In this document: piece after piece, positions 26,384 to 36,482 of the stretch
Position numbering within the stretch: the first letter of the stretch is position 1
How the letters are laid out: the number at the start of each line of letters is the position of its first letter
IMG/VR virus record: IMGVR_UViG_3300022697_000068
Location: 1 to 43,930 of that record
Direction: 5' to 3' (one strand)
DNA from: a virus
Taxonomy: Duplodnaviria; Caudoviricetes
DNA: 43,930 bases
Position numbers and translations under genes: made by a program
Notes under the pieces: generated by a model
The model's database searches: none
Told to the model about the DNA's origin: nothing
The model's input: only the letters and a program-made list of their open reading frames with translations

Positions 26384-26788
26384 ATGTCGGACATCTGGAA
26401 ACAATTTGAAACTGATAAGAAGATTGAGCAGGAGGGATTGTGGATCGACTTCGGTGATTATCAGTGGCTATGCAGAAGGGCAGGCGGTTCAAACGTAAAA
26501 TTTAAAGAAGCGTTTGCCCGTGAAACAAAAAAGTTGAAACAGGTTATGGAGTTGGAAGATTTGCCGGACGCAAAAGGCAGAGAAGTTTTGGCCAAGGTAT
26601 TTTCATCCCATGTAGTACTTGATTGGAAAGGGATGGTTGGTAGAAACGGGGATGAGTTGGAGTTCACAATGGAAAATGTCGCTATGATATTTACCGAAAT
26701 CCCAGATTTTTTCGACCGACTCAGGGAGCGGTTAATGGGCCACGGTTTGTTTCTGAAAGATATTGAAGAGGCAGAATTGGGAAAATAA
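26384..26788 (+). CDS. tail assembly chaperone (gpG-like)
   Basis: FETDKKIEQEGLW..RRAGGSN..VLDWKG..IPDFF; ends LGK on a slippery site. Confidence 0.85.
   Translation: MSDIWKQFETDKKIEQEGLWIDFGDYQWLCRRAGGSNVKFKEAFARETKKLKQVMELEDLPDAKGREVLAKVFSSHVVLDWKGMVGRNGDELEFTMENVAMIFTEIPDFFDRLRERLMGHGLFLKDIEEAELGK
26779..26785 (+). other. -1 programmed ribosomal frameshift site GGGAAAA
   Basis: X XXY YYZ heptamer just before the stop; -1 frame GGG AAA ATA ACC GCT TTC ATG is open into ORF 26797. Confidence 0.8.
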
Positions 26789-26796
26789 CCGCTTTC

Positions 26797-27147
26797 ATGG
26801 ATCATAGGTTGGGCATGGGCGAGCATTCGGATGACATCGCCCGTGCCGCCCGTGCAAGCGGCCAGCCTGTACCGCCCGGATGCGATCAACCGAGTATCAG
26901 GGCGGACCTTGTTTTTTTTGTAGAGGCTTACGATACCCTGTCAACTTGTAGAATTGGAGGGCATATACCTTGGACTGCGGTTCTGGAATATGCAAGGTGT
27001 TACGGGGTTTCATTAGACAACGGGTTTGATTTTTTATGGAAAGTCATTCATTCAATGGACCAAATGGAATTAAAGAATAAAAAAAATAAGGTGGATGCCG
27101 ATGAGCGATTTAAAAAGATTCGGGAAAAGGATCGACAAGCTCAGTAA
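26797..27147 (+). CDS. tail assembly chaperone C-terminal extension (gpT-like)
   Basis: AYDTLSTCR..IPWTAVLEYA..YG..I..MD; -1 frame relative to the upstream chaperone. Confidence 0.8.
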   Translation: MDHRLGMGEHSDDIARAARASGQPVPPGCDQPSIRADLVFFVEAYDTLSTCRIGGHIPWTAVLEYARCYGVSLDNGFDFLWKVIHSMDQMELKNKKNKVDADERFKKIREKDRQAQ

Positions 27148-27529
27148 TGAAATGATTATCAAGATTGAGAAAGTTCAACGTGCCGTTGCTTTGGTTGTCG
27201 TGTCTGACCTTATATTGAATACTCCGGTCGATGAAGGGCGGGCGCGGTCAAATTGGCAGGCCAGTTTAGGTAAGCCAGAAAAAGGCAAGGTGGATGCTTT
27301 TAACGAGGGCAAAAAACTTGGCATCGGAGAAATATCAAACGCTACTGCCGCAATTGACGAAGCAAACAGGATAATAGCGGGGCACCTACCATCGCAAGAT
27401 ATCTACATCACAAACAACCTAAAATATATTGGCCTATTGAATGATGGGTCAAGCGAGCAACAGCCTGCCTTATTCGTGGAACGTGCTATCAAGGTTGGGG
27501 AATCCATTAACGTGGGGATCGGTCTTTAA
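27095..27529 (+). CDS. HK97 gp10-like neck/tail-completion protein
   Basis: TPVDEGRARSNWQ..IYITNNLKYIGLLNDGSSEQQPALFV; start 27095 or 27101. Confidence 0.85.
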   Translation: MPMSDLKRFGKRIDKLSNEMIIKIEKVQRAVALVVVSDLILNTPVDEGRARSNWQASLGKPEKGKVDAFNEGKKLGIGEISNATAAIDEANRIIAGHLPSQDIYITNNLKYIGLLNDGSSEQQPALFVERAIKVGESINVGIGL

Positions 27530-30315
27530 TGGCACTTGAACGCATAGAAATACTCATCACCCAAAAAGGCGCCAGGATTGTAAAAAATGCCATCAAGGGC
27601 ATCGGTTCGTCTGCCGTTACCGCAGGGATTCAGGTTGCGAAGTTCACGACCATTGCGGCGGCATTAGGCGCGGGGTTTGCGATCAAACAGGCGGCTGATT
27701 TTGAATCATCAATGCTGAGTGTCGCTAAGACAACGGGGATTGTGGGCGAAGAGCTAAAGGCATTATCTGATGATTTCATAGAGTTAACAAAAAGCGTTCC
27801 ATCATCCGCGGAAGAACTCGCCAACATTGGAGCAATCGCAGGACAACTTGGAATTCAGGCACGATCCGACATAGTCATATTCACAGATACCGTTGCAAAG
27901 ATGGCGGCTGTCACAGACTTATCAGCAGAGAGTGCCGCAACATCACTCGCCGAATTGTCAAACGTATTTAAATTGCCTATCGGCGAAGCGGCAAAACTCG
28001 GATCGGCATTAAATGAAGTTGCAAATACTACAACTGCAAGTGCCGAAGTTTTAGTTAATTTTTCCCAGAGAATAGGTGTCGTAGGCAGGCAGGTAGGATT
28101 ATCGGCGGCTGATGTTATCGGACTATCGGGAACATTAAAAGGATTAGGATTTAACGCTGAATTGGCTGGTACAGCAGTAAGTAAAACATTCATACAATTA
28201 ATTACAAACACAGAAACATTCGCAGAACAATCAGGAGTTTCGGTCAAAGAATTCAGGAAAAATTTAGAAAGAGATGCTATAGGAACTGTAATAAAATGGG
28301 CGGAGTCGATAAATGAATTACCAAAAGAAGAATTAATAAATGCCCTCGATGAAGCTGGGGTAAAGGGTGCTAGAGCTTTACCTGTATTCCTTGCGCTATC
28401 AGGCGCAACGGCGGACCTTGCAAAGAATGTAGGCACATCAAATAAAGCATTCAAAGAAGCAACCAGCCTTCAAGATGAATTTAATATACAGATTGGATCA
28501 ACTGCAAATCAAGCAAAACTTTTAGGAAACGTTATAAACGCATTATTCATTGACCTTGGAACCGATCTACTCCCGACAGTAAAATTAATGATACAGGCCC
28601 TAAAAGAGGTTGCCAATTCAGATGAGGCGATAATATTTTTCGAGAATTTAAAGTTGTCAGCCAATGATATGTCGGAGTCATTCAAGCAGGACGGCGGGAG
28701 CTTCATACAGACTCTAAAATTCATGGCGACTGCCGCAACCGCGTTTGTAAATATTTTAAAGGTCGGGTTTGTTCTTGCTGGGACAGTTTTCAACGGGATC
28801 ATAAAATTAGTTTTACAAGTTGAGCGTGGCTACGAAAAGGCGACACTCGCCTTTCAGAAATTTGCTAAACTATTCCAAGCGGACAGCGCAAAACTTGATG
28901 CGGCAATAAGAAAAACGGAATCAAATATTGTCGGGCTTGATAGTGAAATAGGCGGATTGGATAAATCTATTTCTAATGGATTACAGTCAATAGTGGATAT
29001 GTCAGCCAGCTTTGATACTATGTCAGCCAAGGTACGGGCGGGGACAGATGACCAGAAAAAACTTTCAAGGGATACTCAAAGCGTTGCGGATAGTTTCGAT
29101 AAGGCAAACGATAAATCGAAAAAGTTTTCCGAGGAATTACCGGGAAAAGCAGATATTGAAGGTCTTGCAGATGCGTTAAAATCAATGGCAGATGAAACTG
29201 CACGATTATCCATTGCGAGTGAATCAGCCAGAGAGTTTTCGGATATCATTAATGGCATATCAGAGCAAAACGATGGGGTTGGACTTGATCCTGAAAGTTT
29301 AGAGAAATTAAGAAATGGTTTCCAGAAATTGACAGACGCAAAAACTCTTAATGGATTGAGAGAAATTAAAAAATCATTAAACGAAGAGTTTGTTGACCTG
29401 AGCACCACGGAACCTGCATTGGTAAGGCTCAATCAGCTTTTGCGTGGATTAGGTGACGTTGACCTAACACCAAAAGGAAAACAAGATTTATTAGACCTTA
29501 TAAAAAGAAATGACGACCTCAGAAAATCCGTTGAAGACAGAAACGAGGCTTTCAAACAAGCTGGTGAAATTGCAAAAGATCAAGCAAGAATTCAGAATGG
29601 ATTGACCAGAGAGGAGGCGGCATTAGGGGATGAGCTTCAAAGGTTGGCGGATATTTCCGAGGCCACAGGCGGGAAGTTATTCAACCTTGCATTGGCTCAG
29701 GAAGCCGTGGTCATGAAGTTCGGCGAAACATCAACCGATGTAGCCAAGAAAACTCAGGGTGATGTTCAAGAGGTTTTGGATGCTATTGGGAAAGGAACAG
29801 AGGATGTATTGACAGATATTTTATCAACCGGAACTTTCACGCTTGATTCATTGAACAGCGTTGTGGAATCAGTCACACAAGATATCATCCGGTCTTTTGT
29901 TAGGGCGCAAATTGAATCAGTTAAAACCAGTGCGCTTTCTCAGGGTGGCAAAGGCGGCGGTGGATTCGGCGGATTGATTCAAGCAGGGTTGGGGTTCTTT
30001 GGATTTGCAGAAGGTGGTAGCGCGAGGGTAGGCGGGTCCGGCGGGACAGATAGCACGTTGGTTTCTTTCTTCGCAACTCCTGGGGAGGATGTAACAGTTA
30101 GAACACCAGCCCAACAGGTTGGCGCATCTATTCCTAGATTCGGGGGAGGTGGAAATTTTGCGGTTGGCGATAATGGCGGGAACAATGGCGGAACAACGGT
30201 TATCAATGCCCAAACCACAATCATCACTAAGGATCAAGATTCATTCCGAAAAAGTAGGGCGCAAATCGCAAGTGGGAAACAGAAACAACTTTCACGGGCG
30301 GGGAAATTTAATTAA
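27529..30315 (+). CDS. tail tape measure protein (TP901-family core)
   Basis: AADFESSM..VAKTT..ELANIGAIAGQLGI; long helical body; C-terminal FAEGG..GGSGGTDS..TPGE.V. Confidence 0.92.
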   Translation: MALERIEILITQKGARIVKNAIKGIGSSAVTAGIQVAKFTTIAAALGAGFAIKQAADFESSMLSVAKTTGIVGEELKALSDDFIELTKSVPSSAEELANIGAIAGQLGIQARSDIVIFTDTVAKMAAVTDLSAESAATSLAELSNVFKLPIGEAAKLGSALNEVANTTTASAEVLVNFSQRIGVVGRQVGLSAADVIGLSGTLKGLGFNAELAGTAVSKTFIQLITNTETFAEQSGVSVKEFRKNLERDAIGTVIKWAESINELPKEELINALDEAGVKGARALPVFLALSGATADLAKNVGTSNKAFKEATSLQDEFNIQIGSTANQAKLLGNVINALFIDLGTDLLPTVKLMIQALKEVANSDEAIIFFENLKLSANDMSESFKQDGGSFIQTLKFMATAATAFVNILKVGFVLAGTVFNGIIKLVLQVERGYEKATLAFQKFAKLFQADSAKLDAAIRKTESNIVGLDSEIGGLDKSISNGLQSIVDMSASFDTMSAKVRAGTDDQKKLSRDTQSVADSFDKANDKSKKFSEELPGKADIEGLADALKSMADETARLSIASESAREFSDIINGISEQNDGVGLDPESLEKLRNGFQKLTDAKTLNGLREIKKSLNEEFVDLSTTEPALVRLNQLLRGLGDVDLTPKGKQDLLDLIKRNDDLRKSVEDRNEAFKQAGEIAKDQARIQNGLTREEAALGDELQRLADISEATGGKLFNLALAQEAVVMKFGETSTDVAKKTQGDVQEVLDAIGKGTEDVLTDILSTGTFTLDSLNSVVESVTQDIIRSFVRAQIESVKTSALSQGGKGGGGFGGLIQAGLGFFGFAEGGSARVGGSGGTDSTLVSFFATPGEDVTVRTPAQQVGASIPRFGGGGNFAVGDNGGNNGGTTVINAQTTIITKDQDSFRKSRAQIASGKQKQLSRAGKFN

Positions 30316-31640
30316 TGGGAATCGAAAGGGACAGAGTTTTTTATGCTGATTTTGAAGAAGGGGAAACGGAAACCAGTTTTGTAAATCTTGTGCCGGGGAA
30401 TGTGGTTCAACAAGGGGACGTGTTTAATATAAAAAGGAACAGCAAGATAGACCCATTATTCGGGAAGTCCTACCTTGATATGGATGTCGTTAACATTGAT
30501 AAGTCAGTCGATTTCACAAACCCGCAGGACGTGCGCCCGTTAAATAATAGAACGTTTGACATAAGGTTTGCAATTTATATCCCTACATCCGCGCCGGATT
30601 CTGGGAATCAATTTATGGGAGAAGTTGGAACCGAGTCATGGTTCATAGAAGCGCAGAGCGAGGCCGCAGATGATGCCATTAATTTTATAGTAACACAGGG
30701 AGGCTTGGTCAGAACATTCGCATTCAGCTACGGCGTGGCGGGATTCGCCCGCGATACATGGATAAGGTTTAGGCTCACCTACGACAAAGTGACCATGCGT
30801 TGTTATAAAGATGGCGCGAGACTTGGGACCGGCGTTACAAAGGCCAGTGTCATGACAGGCGATTGGGATGATGCGGACGGAACAGAATTCAGGATCGGAA
30901 GATTTGTCGGCGATGTTCCGACATTGCTCATGGACCATCTATTAATAGAGCGTGGCGCGCCATCAGTATTGACGTCGGCATCCTACGCATTGGAAAATGA
31001 AAGTTTTGCAAAGGAAGCCCCTGTATTGCCAGTTGCCCATAGTCAAGGAAGCGGATCGGGACCGGGATTTAAAACAGACGTGTTGCAAATTTCCAGTGGT
31101 CACGAATTGAGAGAAACGCCGAACGAAAGAAACAGGAACAGCTTTACCGTGAATTTGACAAACAAAACGCAATTAGAATTGGAATCATTTATAAAACTTG
31201 TCCATATTTGCAGAGGGCGTGGGAGGATTTACCGTTTCAAAGATTGGCTTGAATTCACAACCACAACCCCGGACGGGACTATAACGATTTCAGATCAAAC
31301 GATAGGAACCGGGGACGGAACGCAGACAGCGTTCCAATTGACGAAAACATTTTTCAAGGACACAGGAAAAAGTAATATAGATAATATTAGAACGATATCA
31401 AGGCCGGTTCCGGGTACAGTCAGATTAAGCATTGATGACGTCGAAACCTTCGCATTCAGAATTGACCACGGAATAGGGAAAATTTTCTTTGATACGGCTC
31501 CGCTTCAAGGTGAGGTCATTAAATGGGGGGGCGAGTACGATATACCTTGCCGATTCAATAATGACGATATACGATTGAACATGAAAGCGTTTGAGAACGG
31601 CGACAGTAATTTTGATTTGATAGAGGTTTTAAATGGCTGA
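30315..31640 (+). CDS. LamG/ConA-like domain fused to DUF2460 (RcGTA g12-like distal tail)
   Basis: N-terminal beta-sandwich (W..FRLTYD..YKDG..IG..MDHL.I); C-terminal GPGFKTDV..SGHE.R..RGR..RFKDW..GTGDG..FQL.K..P.RF. Confidence 0.8.
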   Translation: MGIERDRVFYADFEEGETETSFVNLVPGNVVQQGDVFNIKRNSKIDPLFGKSYLDMDVVNIDKSVDFTNPQDVRPLNNRTFDIRFAIYIPTSAPDSGNQFMGEVGTESWFIEAQSEAADDAINFIVTQGGLVRTFAFSYGVAGFARDTWIRFRLTYDKVTMRCYKDGARLGTGVTKASVMTGDWDDADGTEFRIGRFVGDVPTLLMDHLLIERGAPSVLTSASYALENESFAKEAPVLPVAHSQGSGSGPGFKTDVLQISSGHELRETPNERNRNSFTVNLTNKTQLELESFIKLVHICRGRGRIYRFKDWLEFTTTTPDGTITISDQTIGTGDGTQTAFQLTKTFFKDTGKSNIDNIRTISRPVPGTVRLSIDDVETFAFRIDHGIGKIFFDTAPLQGEVIKWGGEYDIPCRFNNDDIRLNMKAFENGDSNFDLIEVLNG

Positions 31641-32706
31641 ACCACTAAATGCGGGGAACATTCAATTCCTTCCATCGACCAATGGAAACCTTGGCGGGGT
31701 TGTGCAGTCCGGGCCAATAAAAAGTCAGAGCTTTAATGCCCCGACAAACGTCACGGGCGTTACATTTTTCGATGGATATGCAAATAGCGTTGCCGGTCTG
31801 GGAACTTTGGAATTTTCCGCCGTTGCCGTCAAGCAAGTTGAGCATATTATTTTTAGTGGAGCGTTGGTCACAGGGGATTCAGTTTTTATCGACATTGACG
31901 ATGTTTCATTGGCTCAGGTTTTCGTAACCAGCAATAATGCAACGCTCGATGCTTTGGCGGTAAAGATCGCCTTAGAAGCCGGTGTTGATACTGCCGTAAG
32001 GTCTGGGACCGATACCATTGTGGTGACGGCGGCGGCTGGCGGAACACCAGTCAAAATTGATAATTTTGCGGTGACAGGAGGAACGCCACCGACTATCTCA
32101 ATAAGCCTGATAACTGGCGACAGGGCCGTTGACAGCCTTGCGTGGGTTCCGGTTGGCGGCGGGGTTGTCGATGGAGTTGACGTTTCAAGCCAAGGGCGGT
32201 TTAGAATACCGTCAAATATTAATGGGTCGATAGTTGTTGACGTTGTGACCGCTTCATTGCCAGTTGCCAATCAGAGTGACGCTGATATTCAGGTAACAGA
32301 TTTATTAAACCAGAATTGGGATGATTACGACCGCGCAGATAGTTTTAATGGGGCGACCGAATACCGATGCCATTATATAAAAAATATTCACGGGACAGAC
32401 ACGGCTTTCAATGTGGGAATATTTATTGACGTTGATGCGGTTGGAGGTGATTCGATTGAATTGGGAGTTGATCCGGCGGGTGTCGGGGACGGGGCCACAA
32501 GCGGGATTGCGGCGACAATCCTAACAGATCAAGATGCACCAACGGGGGTAACTTTTTCCGCGCCGGACAGGGGGGGTGCGCTTGCGGTCGGGAATTTAGG
32601 TCCGGGGCAAATGGCGGCGGTCTGGATAAAAAGAATTTTACCTACACTAAATACTCAGGGAACGGTAAAAGACATTTCAATTTTAGGTCTTTTCGCGACA
32701 CTATAA
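31633..32706 (+). CDS. virion structural protein with inserted domain
   Basis: NLGG..NQNWDD..G.TEYRCHYIKN..G.L.PGQ..AVWIKR. Confidence 0.7.
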   Translation: MAEPLNAGNIQFLPSTNGNLGGVVQSGPIKSQSFNAPTNVTGVTFFDGYANSVAGLGTLEFSAVAVKQVEHIIFSGALVTGDSVFIDIDDVSLAQVFVTSNNATLDALAVKIALEAGVDTAVRSGTDTIVVTAAAGGTPVKIDNFAVTGGTPPTISISLITGDRAVDSLAWVPVGGGVVDGVDVSSQGRFRIPSNINGSIVVDVVTASLPVANQSDADIQVTDLLNQNWDDYDRADSFNGATEYRCHYIKNIHGTDTAFNVGIFIDVDAVGGDSIELGVDPAGVGDGATSGIAATILTDQDAPTGVTFSAPDRGGALAVGNLGPGQMAAVWIKRILPTLNTQGTVKDISILGLFATL

Positions 32707-32712
32707 AATATT

Positions 32713-34143
32713 ATGGATGAAATACAGCACTTTCACGTTTATAAAGGATCGACTCCGGGTAGCGTCACCGGGAGCTGGCAAACCCAGTTATCTATCTCGG
32801 GCGCGTCATTGACTGCAAATTCAAGATATCTTGTGATGGCTAGAGGGTCGTTTCAGAATCAAGATAGTGCTGGAACAAAAAAAATACAGCATAGAGTTCT
32901 GGGGGGAGGGGTTGAGATAGTCGGGTCGTTTGGAAGTAGGGGATTTACTAGCGGGGGTGCATACGCGGGATACCAAATGGTCTCTGTGATGAATACGGGA
33001 TCGGTTCCGGTTGATATAGAATTTCAAGTACAAAGCGACACGGCATTCCCTCCCGCCACATTCAGAGATAATTATCAGCTTTTCGCAATGCTTTTAACGA
33101 ATGATTTGATAGAAAATGTCGATTGGGCTTTCGGAGAAGAAAATGTCAATGAAGTTGTAAGCAATACAGTATGGGAAACCAAAGCGTCAATAACATTCAA
33201 TGCGGATCAAGCCGCGAACTGGCTTATATTAGGACAAATGAGAACCGTTCAGCCTGCCGCAACGAATGTGGACGGGATAAAGTATCGAACATCGCTTGAT
33301 AGCGCGACAGTTGGCTCAAATTCTCAGCCTGCTGAGACTTTAGCGAGGAACGAAAATGCGAATTCAGTGGATGACGAGCATATTGATAGGTTGATGAGGG
33401 TTTACCCTGCGTTGCCATCCGGTTCGCATACAATTAATCTTCAATTTCAATCTGTCAGCGCGAACACAAATTTGCAATACGATGGATGTAATTTATTCGC
33501 ATTAAACATAGATAGATTTTTGGACGTTGTTGTTGATTTTACCGGGGCATCACAAGGTGTCAGCTCGCAAGTTGAACTTATAAATAAGTCTGTCACGCCA
33601 ACGGTTGCCGACTCAAATTTTATGATGCTTTTCGGGGCAACTACTCAGAACGCTGGATTTAATATAATCCCATCTATACATATGCAACTTGATGATGTCC
33701 AGATTGATTCTGACCCTGTTGGCGCTGGTGACGACAATGATGTTCCGGTGGAATCTTTCCAGGGCGGTTATCCGTTTTACGGATTATCAGTCTTCCCATT
33801 AGCGGCTGGATTAAGAAATACAGACGTGGATTTGTCAATTGTCGGTTTGGCAAGAAATTTATCACAAAGGTCGTTTGCCTTATTTTCCCTTGAGTTGAAA
33901 CAGGTCAGAAAGGTGCAGGGGACAGTATTGGAAAATGGCTTGGCGGTGTCAAGGACGGTTGTCGCTTATAGGGCGGTTGCGCCATACGAGAAACTTGGGG
34001 AAGCGATTTCCGATGCCGGAACCGGGGCATTTTCTATTTCAAACCTTCCGATTGACAACGTGAATGTGGTCGCCTTGGATGACGCGGCTGGCGATTCATT
34101 CAATGCCTTGATATTCGGAAACGTCACGCCGGTTGCTATATAA
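32713..34143 (+). CDS. tail fibre/receptor-binding-like protein
   Basis: Repeated beta-sandwich blocks; C-terminal VQGTVLENGLAVSRTVVAYR..SD..TGAF..FNALIF..VTP domain. Confidence 0.6.
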   Translation: MDEIQHFHVYKGSTPGSVTGSWQTQLSISGASLTANSRYLVMARGSFQNQDSAGTKKIQHRVLGGGVEIVGSFGSRGFTSGGAYAGYQMVSVMNTGSVPVDIEFQVQSDTAFPPATFRDNYQLFAMLLTNDLIENVDWAFGEENVNEVVSNTVWETKASITFNADQAANWLILGQMRTVQPAATNVDGIKYRTSLDSATVGSNSQPAETLARNENANSVDDEHIDRLMRVYPALPSGSHTINLQFQSVSANTNLQYDGCNLFALNIDRFLDVVVDFTGASQGVSSQVELINKSVTPTVADSNFMMLFGATTQNAGFNIIPSIHMQLDDVQIDSDPVGAGDDNDVPVESFQGGYPFYGLSVFPLAAGLRNTDVDLSIVGLARNLSQRSFALFSLELKQVRKVQGTVLENGLAVSRTVVAYRAVAPYEKLGEAISDAGTGAFSISNLPIDNVNVVALDDAAGDSFNALIFGNVTPVAI

Positions 34144-34976
34144 TGGCATACACAGCCCCCGCATTTGATAAGGTCGATTTTGATTTCACAGCAAGCGGTT
34201 ATGTTGCTATTGGAGGCGGGTTCCTGCTCATGGATATGGCAGGCGGAGGCATACAGCCTCAGAATTTCTTTTTCCAGCAAGTCTATACGGTTAGCCTCCC
34301 GCCTGTCCCGGCTCCTGATTTCTTTTTCCAGCAAGCGTACAGCGTTGTTCTGGATTCAGCATTTTCACCGCCAATATACCCATTGACGCTCAGTTATAAT
34401 TCAATAAGCACGATAAGATATTTTACTGAAATAATTGCAAATCGTGGAGGGGATGAGCAAAGAAATATTTCATGGCCTACCCCGATTTACGAATTCGACC
34501 TAACTCAGGACGTTCAAAGGTGGGAAGATTTAAATAAAATCATTTCTCTTTTTAAAACCACAAAAGGAAGAGAATTAACATTTCTGGTTAAAGACCCGTT
34601 TGATTTCAGGACCGCCAAGATTAATATTGCAGTAACAAGAAATGATGAATTTGTCGCCATAGGGGATGGCGTTACCGGAATTTATAATTTGCAAAAAACT
34701 TATTCAATAGGGAATTTGAGCCAGGCGATAAGAATAAATCACCCTGATATTACAACAGTGTTGATTGCGGTTGATGGAGTTCTGGACAACGCAACGGTTG
34801 ATCCGAATGACGGGCGGATATTTTTTACAAACATCCCGGTAGACGGGGCGGTTATAACAGCAGGGTTTGAATATTTCAGGCGAGTCAGATTTGATTCGGA
34901 AAGTCTTTCAATAGCATTGGAAAATTATAAGCGTGGCGATACCAGTTTGAATGTGACAGAGGTAAGGGGACAATGA
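34143..34976 (+). CDS. second DUF2460 (distal tail-like) protein
   Basis: GGDEQRNISW..F..KGR..FLVKDPFDF..GDG..LQKTY..GAVITAGFEY..VRFD. Confidence 0.85.
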   Translation: MAYTAPAFDKVDFDFTASGYVAIGGGFLLMDMAGGGIQPQNFFFQQVYTVSLPPVPAPDFFFQQAYSVVLDSAFSPPIYPLTLSYNSISTIRYFTEIIANRGGDEQRNISWPTPIYEFDLTQDVQRWEDLNKIISLFKTTKGRELTFLVKDPFDFRTAKINIAVTRNDEFVAIGDGVTGIYNLQKTYSIGNLSQAIRINHPDITTVLIAVDGVLDNATVDPNDGRIFFTNIPVDGAVITAGFEYFRRVRFDSESLSIALENYKRGDTSLNVTEVRGQ

Positions 34977-36481
34977 GAGATATTAGTAAAAATTTAAAGA
35001 CCCATTTAAAGGGCGGCGTGACGACCATTTCGACCTTATGGAAAGTCACAAGAAGGGATGGCAGGATTTTCGGTTATACGGACGCGGTAAACGATTTAAC
35101 GGTATTGGGAGTGCTATTTAAGTCGGGAACCGGGTTTTCTGCATCTGCTATAAGCCATAGCGCAAAATTTAATACTGAACATATTGAGGTTGACGGGTTT
35201 ACTCCGATAGGCGGGATAGATGACGTTGACATTACTGATAAAGATTTGCTTGACGGGAAATATGATTTTGCGGACGTTGAAATTAGCCAAGTAAATTATG
35301 AAAGGCCGGGGGATGGTCAGGTGAAAATATTAAAAGGACATCTTGGCCAATTTGAGCTAAAGCATAATCAGTTTCGAGTTGAATTAATTTCATTGGGAGC
35401 GGCGGCGCAACACAAAATTGGCGCAATATATTCATTGTCATGCCGTGCCAAGTTAGGCGACTTACAATGCAAAATTCCATTGGCAACTACGGCCCAAGAA
35501 TTGATATTTCAGGTAGCGGGACCAATGGTTGCAGGCGACACGATATCCGTTGAAGTAAGCGGGCGGGATATAAATGATTTAATTGTCGGCGGGCCATTAA
35601 CCTCTGGCGATAAAATGTTTGTCACTATAGACGGGGTTGAATTGGTTCAAAGTTTCGCGTCGAATAACGATACGACAATTGACGGCCTCGCGTTGCAAAT
35701 AAATGCCCAGCCTAATGTGGAGTCTGCAATAAGGACAGGAACCGACACGATAAGAGTGACTTCAGTAGGCGATAACACGGCGGTCGCCATAATCAGTTTT
35801 CAGATAATAGGGACGGCCCCACCGTCTGCCGTGATTTCAAACATAGACGGCGCAAATATTTTAGTCTCACAAGTTTTTAGCGCCGATTCAAATTCGACAA
35901 TGGATTTGTTTGCCGCGAAGTTACAATTAAGGCCAAGAATTTTATCGGCGGTGGTTTCAAGCGTTACAGGGACAGACACGGAAAGGGATATCATTTTGAA
36001 GGCCGGAGTCAATGGAACGGATATCCAGTTGGCCAATGAATTAATTTCCCCGTCAACAAATAATATTATAATTACACAAACGGTCGCTGGGAGCGCAGGG
36101 CAAACATTCAACGGGGTAGTCAGCTCCGCTTCAAGTAGGCAAAGATTTTTAGCATTGATGCCATTGAACGTGACGGGAGATTTTGATTTTGGGGTCTTGA
36201 CATGGATCAACGGAGAAAATCAAGGACGGCAGATGGAGGTAAAGGCATTTATAAATGACGGCTTTGGATTAACAATAAATCAGGGGGCGGCTGGCGCGAT
36301 ATTCGATTTATTCCTTCCAATGTCATCGCAAATAAATGCGGGTGATAATTTCACTGTTAATCGAGGTTGCGATTATAAGTTCATTACCTGCAAGGATAAG
36401 TTTGATAATGTAAAAAATTTCCGGGGGGAGCCTCACATACCAACGCCAGAGGATTCAGCGCAAAACCCAAGGACCTTATAA
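34973..36481 (+). CDS. DUF2163/BR0599 baseplate hub protein (RcGTA g13-like) with ~200-aa insertion
   Basis: LWKVTRRDG..GYTD..G.YDFA.V..CRAKLGDLQC; C-terminal G.N.G..GCD..TC..KFDN..NFRGEPHIP. Confidence 0.9.
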   Translation: MRDISKNLKTHLKGGVTTISTLWKVTRRDGRIFGYTDAVNDLTVLGVLFKSGTGFSASAISHSAKFNTEHIEVDGFTPIGGIDDVDITDKDLLDGKYDFADVEISQVNYERPGDGQVKILKGHLGQFELKHNQFRVELISLGAAAQHKIGAIYSLSCRAKLGDLQCKIPLATTAQELIFQVAGPMVAGDTISVEVSGRDINDLIVGGPLTSGDKMFVTIDGVELVQSFASNNDTTIDGLALQINAQPNVESAIRTGTDTIRVTSVGDNTAVAIISFQIIGTAPPSAVISNIDGANILVSQVFSADSNSTMDLFAAKLQLRPRILSAVVSSVTGTDTERDIILKAGVNGTDIQLANELISPSTNNIIITQTVAGSAGQTFNGVVSSASSRQRFLALMPLNVTGDFDFGVLTWINGENQGRQMEVKAFINDGFGLTINQGAAGAIFDLFLPMSSQINAGDNFTVNRGCDYKFITCKDKFDNVKNFRGEPHIPTPEDSAQNPRTL

Positions 36482-36482
36482 A

